Below are positions 39,722 to 47,693 of a stretch of DNA of 58,357 nucleotides, piece by piece. The notes below the pieces were generated by a model, which searched no databases, was not told the DNA's origin, and saw only the letters and a program-made list of their open reading frames with translations. Position numbers and translations under genes: made by a program. Position 1 is the first letter of the stretch; the number at the start of each line of letters is the position of its first letter. The DNA comes from a virus (lineage: Duplodnaviria > Caudoviricetes), in IMG/VR virus record IMGVR_UViG_3300030430_000907, positions 1-58,357 of that record; one strand, written 5' to 3'.

Positions 39722-40806
39722 TTTTCCTCCTTACCAAAATCAAATTCAACGTTAACGTTATCTACTTTGAACTGAGAATATGTCTCAGTCTCAATCAACT
39801 CTTCTCTTCTTGTGACTAATTGTTTCACAAAGAAGATTGAGAACTCAGGGCTAGCACTTTGCTTTACATAGGCTAGAGCATTGTCAAAGTATGCATAAAC
39901 ATCTTTGTCTTTAGCAGACAATATTCTCTGTGTTAAACCAACACAAAGAGCATACATAAGACCGCCATTGCCCTCTTCAATTTCAACCTCCTTACCATCA
40001 AGAATATCTTGTAGGTTTGGAAGGTCTTCACTGAGCCTAACGAAGTTAGAAAACTCTATGGCATTTTCTTCACCTATTGTGGTGCAACCAAAGTCTTCCC
40101 ATAACTTTTTGTCAGCAACTTTTATTGCATTGCTAAAGTTAGTCCAAGTCCTTGGAGAACTTTGCGGAGCAATAATTTTTGGGTCAAACATATTTAGTCT
40201 CTCAGGGAACTGCTCAATAAATGCACAGACCCAAGGTGAGACATCATTCTTTGTAGCCCAAGCTAACCAGTCATTAGCACTATGCTCAAAGTCAATAGTG
40301 AATACTCTACCGATAAGGTGACTAGGCACTTTAGAACTGCCTGCCCTATCCTCGGCTCTGTTACCTGCAACAACGACTTTCCATCCATCAGGCAACTTGT
40401 ACTCACCAAGTCTTCTTTCATAAAGCAACTGTCCACTGGCAGTTTGCAAACCTAAGTTTGCCTGAGCAATTTCATCCAAGAATAAAATGCCCTCACCACC
40501 TGTAGGTAAGTTACCTAGAAATGCTCTCTTTTGTTCACCAGTATCTTGATTGATATATGGCAAACCACTTAAGTCAATCGACTCGTAGTAAGAGAGTCTA
40601 AAATCAATAAACCCAAACTCTTTTTTGTTTGGATTAATTGCATCTTCGCCTTCAACAATCTTGCGACCTTTTGCAAGTGTCTCAGCTATATCTCGAACAA
40701 CTGCTGATTTACCAACACCTGTTCCTCCACGAAAGAATGGCACATTGCCAATCTGTAAAATAGTAAGAGCCAATTCCTTAGCCTTACTTGGTATAAATGA
40801 TTTCAT
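39718..40806 (-). CDS. MoxR-like AAA+ ATPase
   Basis: GGTGVGKS, DLSGLP, ILFLDE, VVAGNR, SPRTW. Confidence 0.9.
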   Translation of the reverse strand: MKSFIPSKAKELALTILQIGNVPFFRGGTGVGKSAVVRDIAETLAKGRKIVEGEDAINPNKKEFGFIDFRLSYYESIDLSGLPYINQDTGEQKRAFLGNLPTGGEGILFLDEIAQANLGLQTASGQLLYERRLGEYKLPDGWKVVVAGNRAEDRAGSSKVPSHLIGRVFTIDFEHSANDWLAWATKNDVSPWVCAFIEQFPERLNMFDPKIIAPQSSPRTWTNFSNAIKVADKKLWEDFGCTTIGEENAIEFSNFVRLSEDLPNLQDILDGKEVEIEEGNGGLMYALCVGLTQRILSAKDKDVYAYFDNALAYVKQSASPEFSIFFVKQLVTRREELIETETYSQFKVDNVNVEFDFGKEEK

Positions 40807-40825
40807 ATTTCATTTCTCCATAGTT

Positions 40826-40877
40826 ACCGATTTCATGCTTTTGCAATCATCAGACAGGGCGACACCCTGTTATCGAT
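40826..40877 (-). ncRNA. Hammerhead ribozyme, type III (HHR-B)
   Basis: AUCGA-UA-ACAGGGU(GUC)GCCCUGU-CUGAUGA-UUGC(AAAA)GCAU-GAAA-UCGGU; cut predicted at 40871/40870. Confidence 0.88.
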
Positions 40878-40879
40878 AA

Positions 40880-40903
40880 AAGAATATTCACTGGTGAATG
40901 TTT
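40880..40903. promoter_or_regulatory. Copy of dispersed palindrome, between hairpin and HHR-B
   Basis: AAGAATATTCACTGGTGAATGTTT; absent from the otherwise homologous HHR-C cassette. Confidence 0.7.
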
Positions 40904-40925
40904 GTGGGCAGATTTCTCTGCCCAC
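40904..40925 (-). repeat. GNRA-capped hairpin, copy 1
   Basis: GUGGGCAGA-GAAA-UCUGCCCAC, identical to 41301-41322. Confidence 0.85.
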
Positions 40926-40932
40926 CATCCTC

Positions 40933-41223
40933 CTAGTTTTGAATTGCAGATATGAATTCTTCCTTGAACTTCCTTGCTTGACCCATCATTTCTAGTAATG
41001 CCCATTCCTTAGCATCCTTGAAATCTACAACTGTGAGCCAGTTATGATGAACATAAAAATCATCATGCAATCCACGAACAGTGACATCATAGCCATACTT
41101 TCTGTCATAGCTTATGACCGCCTCTGTTGTTCCGAATGGACACTTGGCAGACCATTGTCCAAACTTATAAGTTTTCTCACCAACTTCCTTGGCATCATCG
41201 TTCCATACTAATTTATATTTCAT
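40933..41223 (-). CDS. Hypothetical early protein (between HHR-C and HHR-B)
   Basis: AGGAGG SD; 96 aa. Confidence 0.75.
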   Translation of the reverse strand: MKYKLVWNDDAKEVGEKTYKFGQWSAKCPFGTTEAVISYDRKYGYDVTVRGLHDDFYVHHNWLTVVDFKDAKEWALLEMMGQARKFKEEFISAIQN

Positions 41224-41247
41224 ATTTCCTCCTTGAAAAAATTAGTT

Positions 41248-41300
41248 ACCGATTTCATGCTTTCGCAATCGTCAGACAGAGTACACACTCTGTTATCGGT
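41248..41300 (-). ncRNA. Hammerhead ribozyme, type III (HHR-C)
   Basis: ACCGA-UA-ACAGAGU(GUGU)ACUCUGU-CUGACGA-UUGC(GAAA)GCAU-GAAA-UCGGU; cut predicted at 41294/41293. Confidence 0.9.
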
Positions 41301-41322
41301 GTGGGCAGATTTCTCTGCCCAC
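41301..41322 (-). repeat. GNRA-capped hairpin, copy 2
   Basis: Identical to 40904-40925; abuts HHR-C. Confidence 0.85.
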
Positions 41323-41331
41323 CATCCTCCC

Positions 41332-41709
41332 TCATAAAGTTATTCTAAATTTATCTTCGTTGTAGAAACTTCTGCTAACAAAAACTTTGATAAGTTTGTC
41401 GTTATAGACGTCACTAAAATTAGAAATAATTTCCTTTGCGGTTTTTTTAGTTAAGTCAACTCTGACACTGAAAGCATGAGGATAATATCTATCGTTCTTT
41501 AGACTTTCTTCATCATAACCACCAAGTGATGTAGATAAAGCAATATTTCTACATCTTCGTGATTTTACAATCTGACTTAATTCATCAGTGGTGACATAAA
41601 TGTGACCATAAGTAACAGTTTCTAACTGCTCAGGATTATCTCCATAGCCCTTTGGCTCTTGCCTCTTAGCTATAGCATCTTCGATTTTCTTCTTTAGTAA
41701 TGTTTTCAT
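41332..41709 (-). CDS. Hypothetical early protein (between HHR-D and HHR-C)
   Basis: GGAGG SD before ATG 41709 (MKTLLKKK). Confidence 0.75.
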   Translation of the reverse strand: MKTLLKKKIEDAIAKRQEPKGYGDNPEQLETVTYGHIYVTTDELSQIVKSRRCRNIALSTSLGGYDEESLKNDRYYPHAFSVRVDLTKKTAKEIISNFSDVYNDKLIKVFVSRSFYNEDKFRITL

Positions 41710-41734
41710 AATTTCCTCCATAAAAAACATTGGC

Positions 41735-41830
41735 AATCATCATCAGTTATCTACCGCCACGTAGATAAGACAACGTTAATTTGAAACATTGTTCTACGTA
41801 GAACAAAATGCAATCAACGAGGTTTCGATT
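41735..41830 (-). ncRNA. Hammerhead ribozyme, type II, with extended stem III and loop-I pseudoknot (HHR-D)
   Basis: AAUC-GAAA-C...long stem III...G-UC-UUAUCUAC(GUGGCG)GUAGAUAA-CUGAUGA-U-GAUU-GCCA; cut predicted at 41769/41768. Confidence 0.75.
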
Positions 41831-42207
41831 TAATTATCAACTGTCTGTTGGGAAACAGACGTGATGTGACTTGAGGCAACCCATCCCGAAGTAAAGCAAT
41901 CCCTTGCAAAGTGTAGTTTGTGTTGGCAAACATACACCCTTCATTTAAGAACAGGTCTAGGTCGTTTTCATGGCTATCGAAGAACTGGGGAGAACTTCTA
42001 CTAGCAACAGTCTGTTTGTGTTGATACTCTACCGAGCAACAAACTGACTGAACGCAGAACACACATAAGGTTGACTGTCACAGTCATACCTATCGAGGCG
42101 GTCTGTATATCTATTATTGAGTAAGAGAGATATTGATATTTCACTCCCATACCTTGTGGTGCAAGGCTGATTTGCTTGTTGTTTTCTGTGTCGTATATTT
42201 CCTCCAT
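41831..42207 (-). ncRNA. Putative large structured leader RNA
   Basis: At least seven hairpins in series between the promoter and HHR-D. Confidence 0.55.
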
Positions 42208-42213
42208 GTGTTT

Positions 42214-42242
42214 AATATAAGGGCAACAGGAAAATAATGCAA
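42214..42242 (-). promoter_or_regulatory. Sigma70-type promoter of the early operon
   Basis: TTGCAT-17-TATATT; start site near 42207. Confidence 0.65.
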
Positions 42243-42289
42243 CATTTAATTCAACACTAAAATGTATATCAATATGTGAGCATAGATAA

Positions 42290-42310
42290 AAGAACATTCA
42301 CTGGTTAAAA
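42290..42310. promoter_or_regulatory. Partial copy of dispersed palindrome in the divergent control region
   Basis: AAGAACATTCACTGGT; shares the GATAAAAG flank with the 40880 copy. Confidence 0.55.
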
Positions 42311-42343
42311 TTTAATCATGTACATCGACTGCAGGCACACAAT

Positions 42344-42784
42344 ATGGAAAAGAAATTAACAATAAAGCAAAGGGCATTTGTAGACGAGATTATCAAGGGC
42401 AAGGTAGGTAGTTATCAGGATGCATATATCAAAGTCTATGATGTGGCTCTAACCAAGACTGGGAAAGTACCTAAGTGGGTCAGGAATGAGGCTAGTAAGT
42501 TGGTAGCCAACCCTAGCATCACAATGGCAATCCAGAGAGGTCTGGAGAAGAAGGAACAGACAGTAGTGGCATCTGCAGTCAAGACCAAGCAATACGTCAT
42601 AGATAGGCTTTACAAGGAGAGTATAGAGTCTGATAGCGATGCAAGTAGAGTTAGAGCCTTGGAACTTTTGGGAAAAAGTGTGTCTCTGTTCACTGATGTA
42701 GTAGAGAACAAGGAGGCGAGGAGCAGTACAGAAATAGAGGCTGAACTAGAAGAGAGGATTGAGCAACTACTAACAAAGCATTGA
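42344..42784 (+). CDS. terS: Terminase small subunit
   Basis: LTIKQRAFV, AY..VY, ASKL..NP.I, RVRALELLGK...LF; upstream of terL. Confidence 0.88.
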   Translation: MEKKLTIKQRAFVDEIIKGKVGSYQDAYIKVYDVALTKTGKVPKWVRNEASKLVANPSITMAIQRGLEKKEQTVVASAVKTKQYVIDRLYKESIESDSDASRVRALELLGKSVSLFTDVVENKEARSSTEIEAELEERIEQLLTKH

Positions 42785-43143
42785 TTAAAAAATAACCAAC
42801 TACCACCCTATAAATAAGACTCGCATTTACTGACCCCACCCCCCGCAAACGCCTGCAGGCAGACAGACATACATACATAGTGTTTTACTCATTCTAATAC
42901 TAGATTTGATAGACCCCCTACCCCCTATTTTGCAGAAAAAGACCCTAGGAATCCTAAGCCTCTAAAAATTTTATATCATTTTATGTTGACTTTTCGTGTG
43001 AAGAGACCGATTATTGTATAATCTGTAGATACTTATACCTATCTAGTAGGTACATACTGTAAGTTAGTGACCACATATAGGTAACTACGTAAATTTTTTA
43101 CCGAGTATCTACAAAGTATTTGGTTACTACATATGTAGTATGT

Positions 43144-44643
43144 ATGAATAGTAATGTTTTAAGTAAGTTACATACGCTTTCCTCTTCTGAGAAAGAAGAA
43201 CTTTTATCTCTGTTACAAGAATTAGAACTATCAAAGGCTAGAGAATCATGTGAGGATGAGTTCCTAAGCTTTGTTAAACAGATGTGGTCAGCTTTTATTC
43301 ATGGTAAACACCATGAGATTATGGCTGAGGCTTTTGAAAGAGTAGCCAAAGGTGAATTAAAGAGGCTAATTATTAATATGCCTCCCAGACATACGAAGTC
43401 AGAGTTCGCATCTTACCTATTACCTGCTTGGTTTCTTGGTAAGTATCCTGATAAGAAGATTATTCAGACTGCCCATACTGCAGAACTAGCGGTAGGGTTT
43501 GGTCGTAAGGTTAGGAACTTAGTTAATAGTTCTGACTTCAAAGAGATATTCCCTGCTATAAGTCTGCAAGCAGATAGTAAAGCAGCAGGAAGATGGAACA
43601 CAAACAAAGGTGGTGAGTATTTTGCTATCGGTGTTGGCGGTGCAGTTACTGGTAAGGGTGCAGATTTGTTAATCATTGATGACCCTCACAGTGAACAAGA
43701 AGGTGCTAGTGCTGATATCAATGTCTTTAACAAGACCTATGAGTGGTATACCTCTGGTCCAAGACAGCGTTTACAACCCAAAGGCTCTATCGTTGTGGTG
43801 ATGACAAGATGGCATGATAAGGATTTAACTGGACAGTTAGTCGATGCTAGTGTTAAACGTGGCGGTGCAGACGAATGGGAAGTTATAGAACTACCTGCAA
43901 TACTACCATCAGGTAATCCATTGTGGGAAGAGTTCTGGAAGTTGGAAGAACTTGAGGCTCTACGTGCCGAACTACCGACCTCAAAGTGGATGGCTCAGTA
44001 TCAGCAAGACCCCACTGCAGAGGAAGGAGCTATCATCAAAAGAGAATGGTGGCGTGAATGGGAAGGTCGAGAGCCACCAAAGTGTGAGTTTGTTATTCAA
44101 TCTTGGGATACTGCTTTCTTAAAATCGCAGCGAGCCGACTACTCTGCCTGTACTACCTGGGGAGTATTCTATCGTGAGAGTGATGAAGATGGCATGATGA
44201 GACCTGAAATCATTCTGCTAGATGCTCACAAAGCTAGACTAGAGTTTCCTGAATTAAAGAAACGAGCTATGGAATGTTATAGGTCCTATAAGCCTGATGC
44301 TTTTATTATTGAGGCAAAGGCAGCAGGTACACCTTTAATATTTGAGTTAAGGCAGATGGGTATACCAGTACAGGAATACACACCAAGTAGAGGTAATGAT
44401 AAGATTGCTAGAGTTAATGCAGTAGCTGATTTATTTTCTTCAGGCATTGTTTGGTGTCCTCAAACTCGTTGGGCAGAAGAAGTAGTAGAGGAGTTTGCCT
44501 CTTTCCCAAATGCCGAACACGATGACTTAGTAGATAGCAGTACACAAGCACTATTAAGATTTAGACAAGGTGGTTTTGTTCCATTACATAGTGATGAAGA
44601 AGATGAGCCACTAGAACATAATAAGACAGCGAATTATTACTAG
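43144..44643 (+). CDS. terL: Terminase large subunit
   Basis: INMPPRHTKS, LLIIDDP, VMTRW, YQQDP, SWDTA, IEAKAAG, HDDLVDS. Confidence 0.96.
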   Translation: MNSNVLSKLHTLSSSEKEELLSLLQELELSKARESCEDEFLSFVKQMWSAFIHGKHHEIMAEAFERVAKGELKRLIINMPPRHTKSEFASYLLPAWFLGKYPDKKIIQTAHTAELAVGFGRKVRNLVNSSDFKEIFPAISLQADSKAAGRWNTNKGGEYFAIGVGGAVTGKGADLLIIDDPHSEQEGASADINVFNKTYEWYTSGPRQRLQPKGSIVVVMTRWHDKDLTGQLVDASVKRGGADEWEVIELPAILPSGNPLWEEFWKLEELEALRAELPTSKWMAQYQQDPTAEEGAIIKREWWREWEGREPPKCEFVIQSWDTAFLKSQRADYSACTTWGVFYRESDEDGMMRPEIILLDAHKARLEFPELKKRAMECYRSYKPDAFIIEAKAAGTPLIFELRQMGIPVQEYTPSRGNDKIARVNAVADLFSSGIVWCPQTRWAEEVVEEFASFPNAEHDDLVDSSTQALLRFRQGGFVPLHSDEEDEPLEHNKTANYY

Positions 44644-44652
44644 GAGAAAATA

Positions 44653-47094
44653 TTGGCTACAGAAAGAACACCAGTTGATGGTTTGATAGAACAAGACCCA
44701 GAAGAGGCAAAGGATGTTAGCATCACTGTAGAAAACCCTGAGTCTGTTGCGATAGAAACAGAGGATGGCGGTATGCTTATAGACTTTGACCCTGAGTCAA
44801 AAGATAATATTAATGCAGGTTTCAATAGCAACCTAGTTGATTTTATAGATGACAATGAGCTAGAGAGCTTAGGCTCAGAGCTTGTGGGTGCATACAAAAT
44901 GGATAAGGACTCTCGTAAAGAATGGGAGGATACTTATACTAAAGGTTTAGACCAACTAGGATTAAAGATAGAAGAACGTACACAACCTTGGAATGGAGCT
45001 TGTGGTGTCTTTCATCCTATGTTATCTGAGGCAGTTATTAGATTTCAATCTCAAGCTATAGCTGAAATATTCCCTGCTAAAGGTCCAGTTAAAACTAAGA
45101 TAGTTGGCAAGATAACTGAAGACAAAGAAAAACAATCACAAAGAGTTCAAGACTACATGAACTATTTACTCACACATGAGATGTCTGAGTATAGAACTGA
45201 AACAGAAAAACTTTTATTTTCCTTACCACTGGCAGGGTCTGCTTTCCGCAAAGTTTACTTCGACCCAAATTTAGGCAGACCCAGTGGCATCTTTGTACCA
45301 TCCGAAGATGTAGTAGTTAATTATGGTGCAAGTGACTTAGAGACTTGTGAACGTGCAACTCATGTTATGCGTAAGTCTGCTAATGAAGTTAGGAAGTTAC
45401 AGGTCAGTGGTTTCTATAGAGATGTAGAACTTAGCGAATCAAGTAATTCATATTCAAGCATAGAAGAAAAGTATGATGAACTAACTGGTGAGATGAGTAG
45501 TGAAGACTACGACCAGAGACATACTCTATTAGAGATGCAAGTTAATCTAGACCTCAAAGGTTTTGAGGATGTTAAGGATGGCAAGGAAACAGGAATACAG
45601 TTACCTTATGTAGTTACTTTAGATTATCCAAGCGGTAAAGTTCTAAGCATTAGAAGAAACTATTATGAAGATGATGAACAAAAGAAAAGAAGGTCACACT
45701 TCGTTCACTATCAATACTTACCAGGTTTAGGTTTCTATGGTTTTGGTTTAATACATATGATAGGTGGCTTGGCTAAATCAGCTACTAGTTTACTTAGACA
45801 GTTAGTAGATGCAGGTACATTATCAAACTTACCAGGTGGTTTAAAAGCTAGAGGTCTACGTATCAAAGGAGATGATACTCCTATTATGCCAGGAGAGTTT
45901 AGAGATGTAGATGTACCAGGTGGTGCAATTAGAGATAATATAACTTTCTTACCATACAAAGAGCCATCAGCTACTTTATATTCTTTATTACAAAACATAG
46001 TTGAAGAGGGTAGAAGATTTGCAAGCATGGCTGATATGAAAATATCAGATATGAATAACCAAGCACCTGTTGGTACAACATTAGCACTTATAGAAAGAAA
46101 CATGAAAGTTATGAGTGCAGTGCAAGCTAGACTTCATGCCTCTATGAAAAGAGAGTTTGATATCTTAGTAAATGTTATTAAGGATTTTGGTGAGCCATCA
46201 TATCCTTATGAAACAGATGAAGAAGAACAAATAAAATCAGAAGACTTTGATAATAGAGTAGATGTATTGCCAGTCTCAGACCCAAACAGTACAACTATGG
46301 CACAAAGGATAATGCAGTATCAATCTGCTATGCAGTTAGCACAATCAGCACCACAGATGTATGATATGAAAGAACTACATAGAGAGATGCTTATGGTATT
46401 AGGCATACCTGATGTTGATAGTATTATCCCTGATGATGGTGATGTGCCTGCAGTAGACCCAGTCACTGCAGTACAAAACTTAATCAACAATGTTCCTGTT
46501 CAGGCATATGAGTATCAAGACCATGATGCACATATACAAACAGTAGCAGCAGCACAAGATAATCCAGAGATTAGAGCTTTACTAGAGAAGTCTCCTAACG
46601 CTGGTGGAATATTAGCTGCAGCATCTGCTTATATAAATGACCATCTAACTATGAAGTTTAGAGACCAAGTAGAAAAAGAAATGGGTATTGAACTACCACC
46701 TATTGGTGAGCCAATCCCTGCAGACCTAGAGAAGAGAATATCAGAGTTAGTTGCTGAGGCTGCATCTAGAGTTACAGAGAGAGCTAGATTAGAACAGCAA
46801 CAGAAACAACAAGCTGAACAACAAAGAGACCCATTAGTAGTTCTTAAAGAAAGAGAGATAGGTATTAAAGAGGCTGATGTACAAAGAAAAGCTTTAGGCG
46901 ACCAAGCAAGATTTGCTCTAGCAAAAGAAAAACTAGATGCTGATACTCAGGTAAAAGGTGCAGAGCTTGGTGTTAAAATTGCTAGCGACTTGCTATCAGA
47001 TGAAAAAGATAACAAAAAGCAAGCACTCGAAGAATACAAAATAGGACTTGACTTAGGCAAAGACATCGTAGAAGATAGCAATAAGAATGAGTGA
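44653..47094 (+). CDS. Portal protein
   Basis: Follows terL; 813 aa; HPML.EAV..FQ, GSAFRKVYFD, GFYGFGLIH, LRQLVDAG. Confidence 0.9.
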   Translation: MATERTPVDGLIEQDPEEAKDVSITVENPESVAIETEDGGMLIDFDPESKDNINAGFNSNLVDFIDDNELESLGSELVGAYKMDKDSRKEWEDTYTKGLDQLGLKIEERTQPWNGACGVFHPMLSEAVIRFQSQAIAEIFPAKGPVKTKIVGKITEDKEKQSQRVQDYMNYLLTHEMSEYRTETEKLLFSLPLAGSAFRKVYFDPNLGRPSGIFVPSEDVVVNYGASDLETCERATHVMRKSANEVRKLQVSGFYRDVELSESSNSYSSIEEKYDELTGEMSSEDYDQRHTLLEMQVNLDLKGFEDVKDGKETGIQLPYVVTLDYPSGKVLSIRRNYYEDDEQKKRRSHFVHYQYLPGLGFYGFGLIHMIGGLAKSATSLLRQLVDAGTLSNLPGGLKARGLRIKGDDTPIMPGEFRDVDVPGGAIRDNITFLPYKEPSATLYSLLQNIVEEGRRFASMADMKISDMNNQAPVGTTLALIERNMKVMSAVQARLHASMKREFDILVNVIKDFGEPSYPYETDEEEQIKSEDFDNRVDVLPVSDPNSTTMAQRIMQYQSAMQLAQSAPQMYDMKELHREMLMVLGIPDVDSIIPDDGDVPAVDPVTAVQNLINNVPVQAYEYQDHDAHIQTVAAAQDNPEIRALLEKSPNAGGILAAASAYINDHLTMKFRDQVEKEMGIELPPIGEPIPADLEKRISELVAEAASRVTERARLEQQQKQQAEQQRDPLVVLKEREIGIKEADVQRKALGDQARFALAKEKLDADTQVKGAELGVKIASDLLSDEKDNKKQALEEYKIGLDLGKDIVEDSNKNE

Positions 47095-47290
47095 AGATAT
47101 CAGAGAGCAATCTCTATCTGAATTTTTAAAGAAAAGATTCAGAGATATTATGAATGAACACGCAGACCATATATCAACTGGTAGTGTTAAAGACTACCCT
47201 GAGTATAAAAAGCTGTGTGGGGTGATAGAAGGTTTAGCATTAGCAGAACGTGAAATGTTAGATTGGCTAGAACAACACTCATTGAATTGA
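47087..47290 (+). CDS. Small conserved head-module protein
   Basis: DYPEYKKLCGVIEGL; directly after the portal. Confidence 0.7.
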   Translation: MSEDIREQSLSEFLKKRFRDIMNEHADHISTGSVKDYPEYKKLCGVIEGLALAEREMLDWLEQHSLN

Positions 47291-47297
47291 AACTTTT

Positions 47298-47693
47298 ATG
47301 GATAAGAAAGCAACAGTTAAGCCAGATAGTGTAGATAAACCTGTAGTTCCAGAAAATACTAAAAGTCAGTTACCTGAGCCAATGGGTTTTAAAGTATTAG
47401 TTGCTATGCCACAAGCAGAAGAAAAAACTGAAGGTGGTATATTAAAGGCTAGTCAAACTATAAGGGATGAAGAAGTTAGTAATATCTGTGGTTACGTTTT
47501 AAAACTAGGTCCTGATGCATACAATGATAAGAATAGATTTCCAAGCGGTCCTTGGTGTAAGCAAGGAGATTGGGTAGTTTTCAGAGCATACTCAGGAACT
47601 AGAATGAAAATGTATGGACAAGAGTTTCGCTTAATTAATGATGACACTGTAGAGGCAGTTGTCGAAGACCCAACAGGAGTAGTTAGAGCATGA
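47298..47693 (+). CDS. groES: GroES/Cpn10-like co-chaperonin
   Basis: P.GFKVLV..EEKTEGGIL, V...GPDAY, CKQGDWV.F..YSG, RLINDD.V.AVV. Confidence 0.85.
   Translation: MDKKATVKPDSVDKPVVPENTKSQLPEPMGFKVLVAMPQAEEKTEGGILKASQTIRDEEVSNICGYVLKLGPDAYNDKNRFPSGPWCKQGDWVVFRAYSGTRMKMYGQEFRLINDDTVEAVVEDPTGVVRA

Noticed and set aside
40821-41331. CRISPR mini-array
   Set aside because: Only two ~90-110-nt units separated by a gene; explained as hairpin plus hammerhead cassettes
36124-41876. Invertible DNA segment bounded by 13-bp inverted repeats
   Set aside because: No recombinase was recognised, and inversion would detach the operon from its promoter and terminator; kept only as an RNA-pairing hypothesis
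41814-42297. Track ORFs 41814-42062 and 42001-42297 as genes
   Set aside because: No SD at the listed starts. One spans the predicted promoter, and both overlie dense RNA hairpins. Only a leaderless 42001-42207 version remains possible
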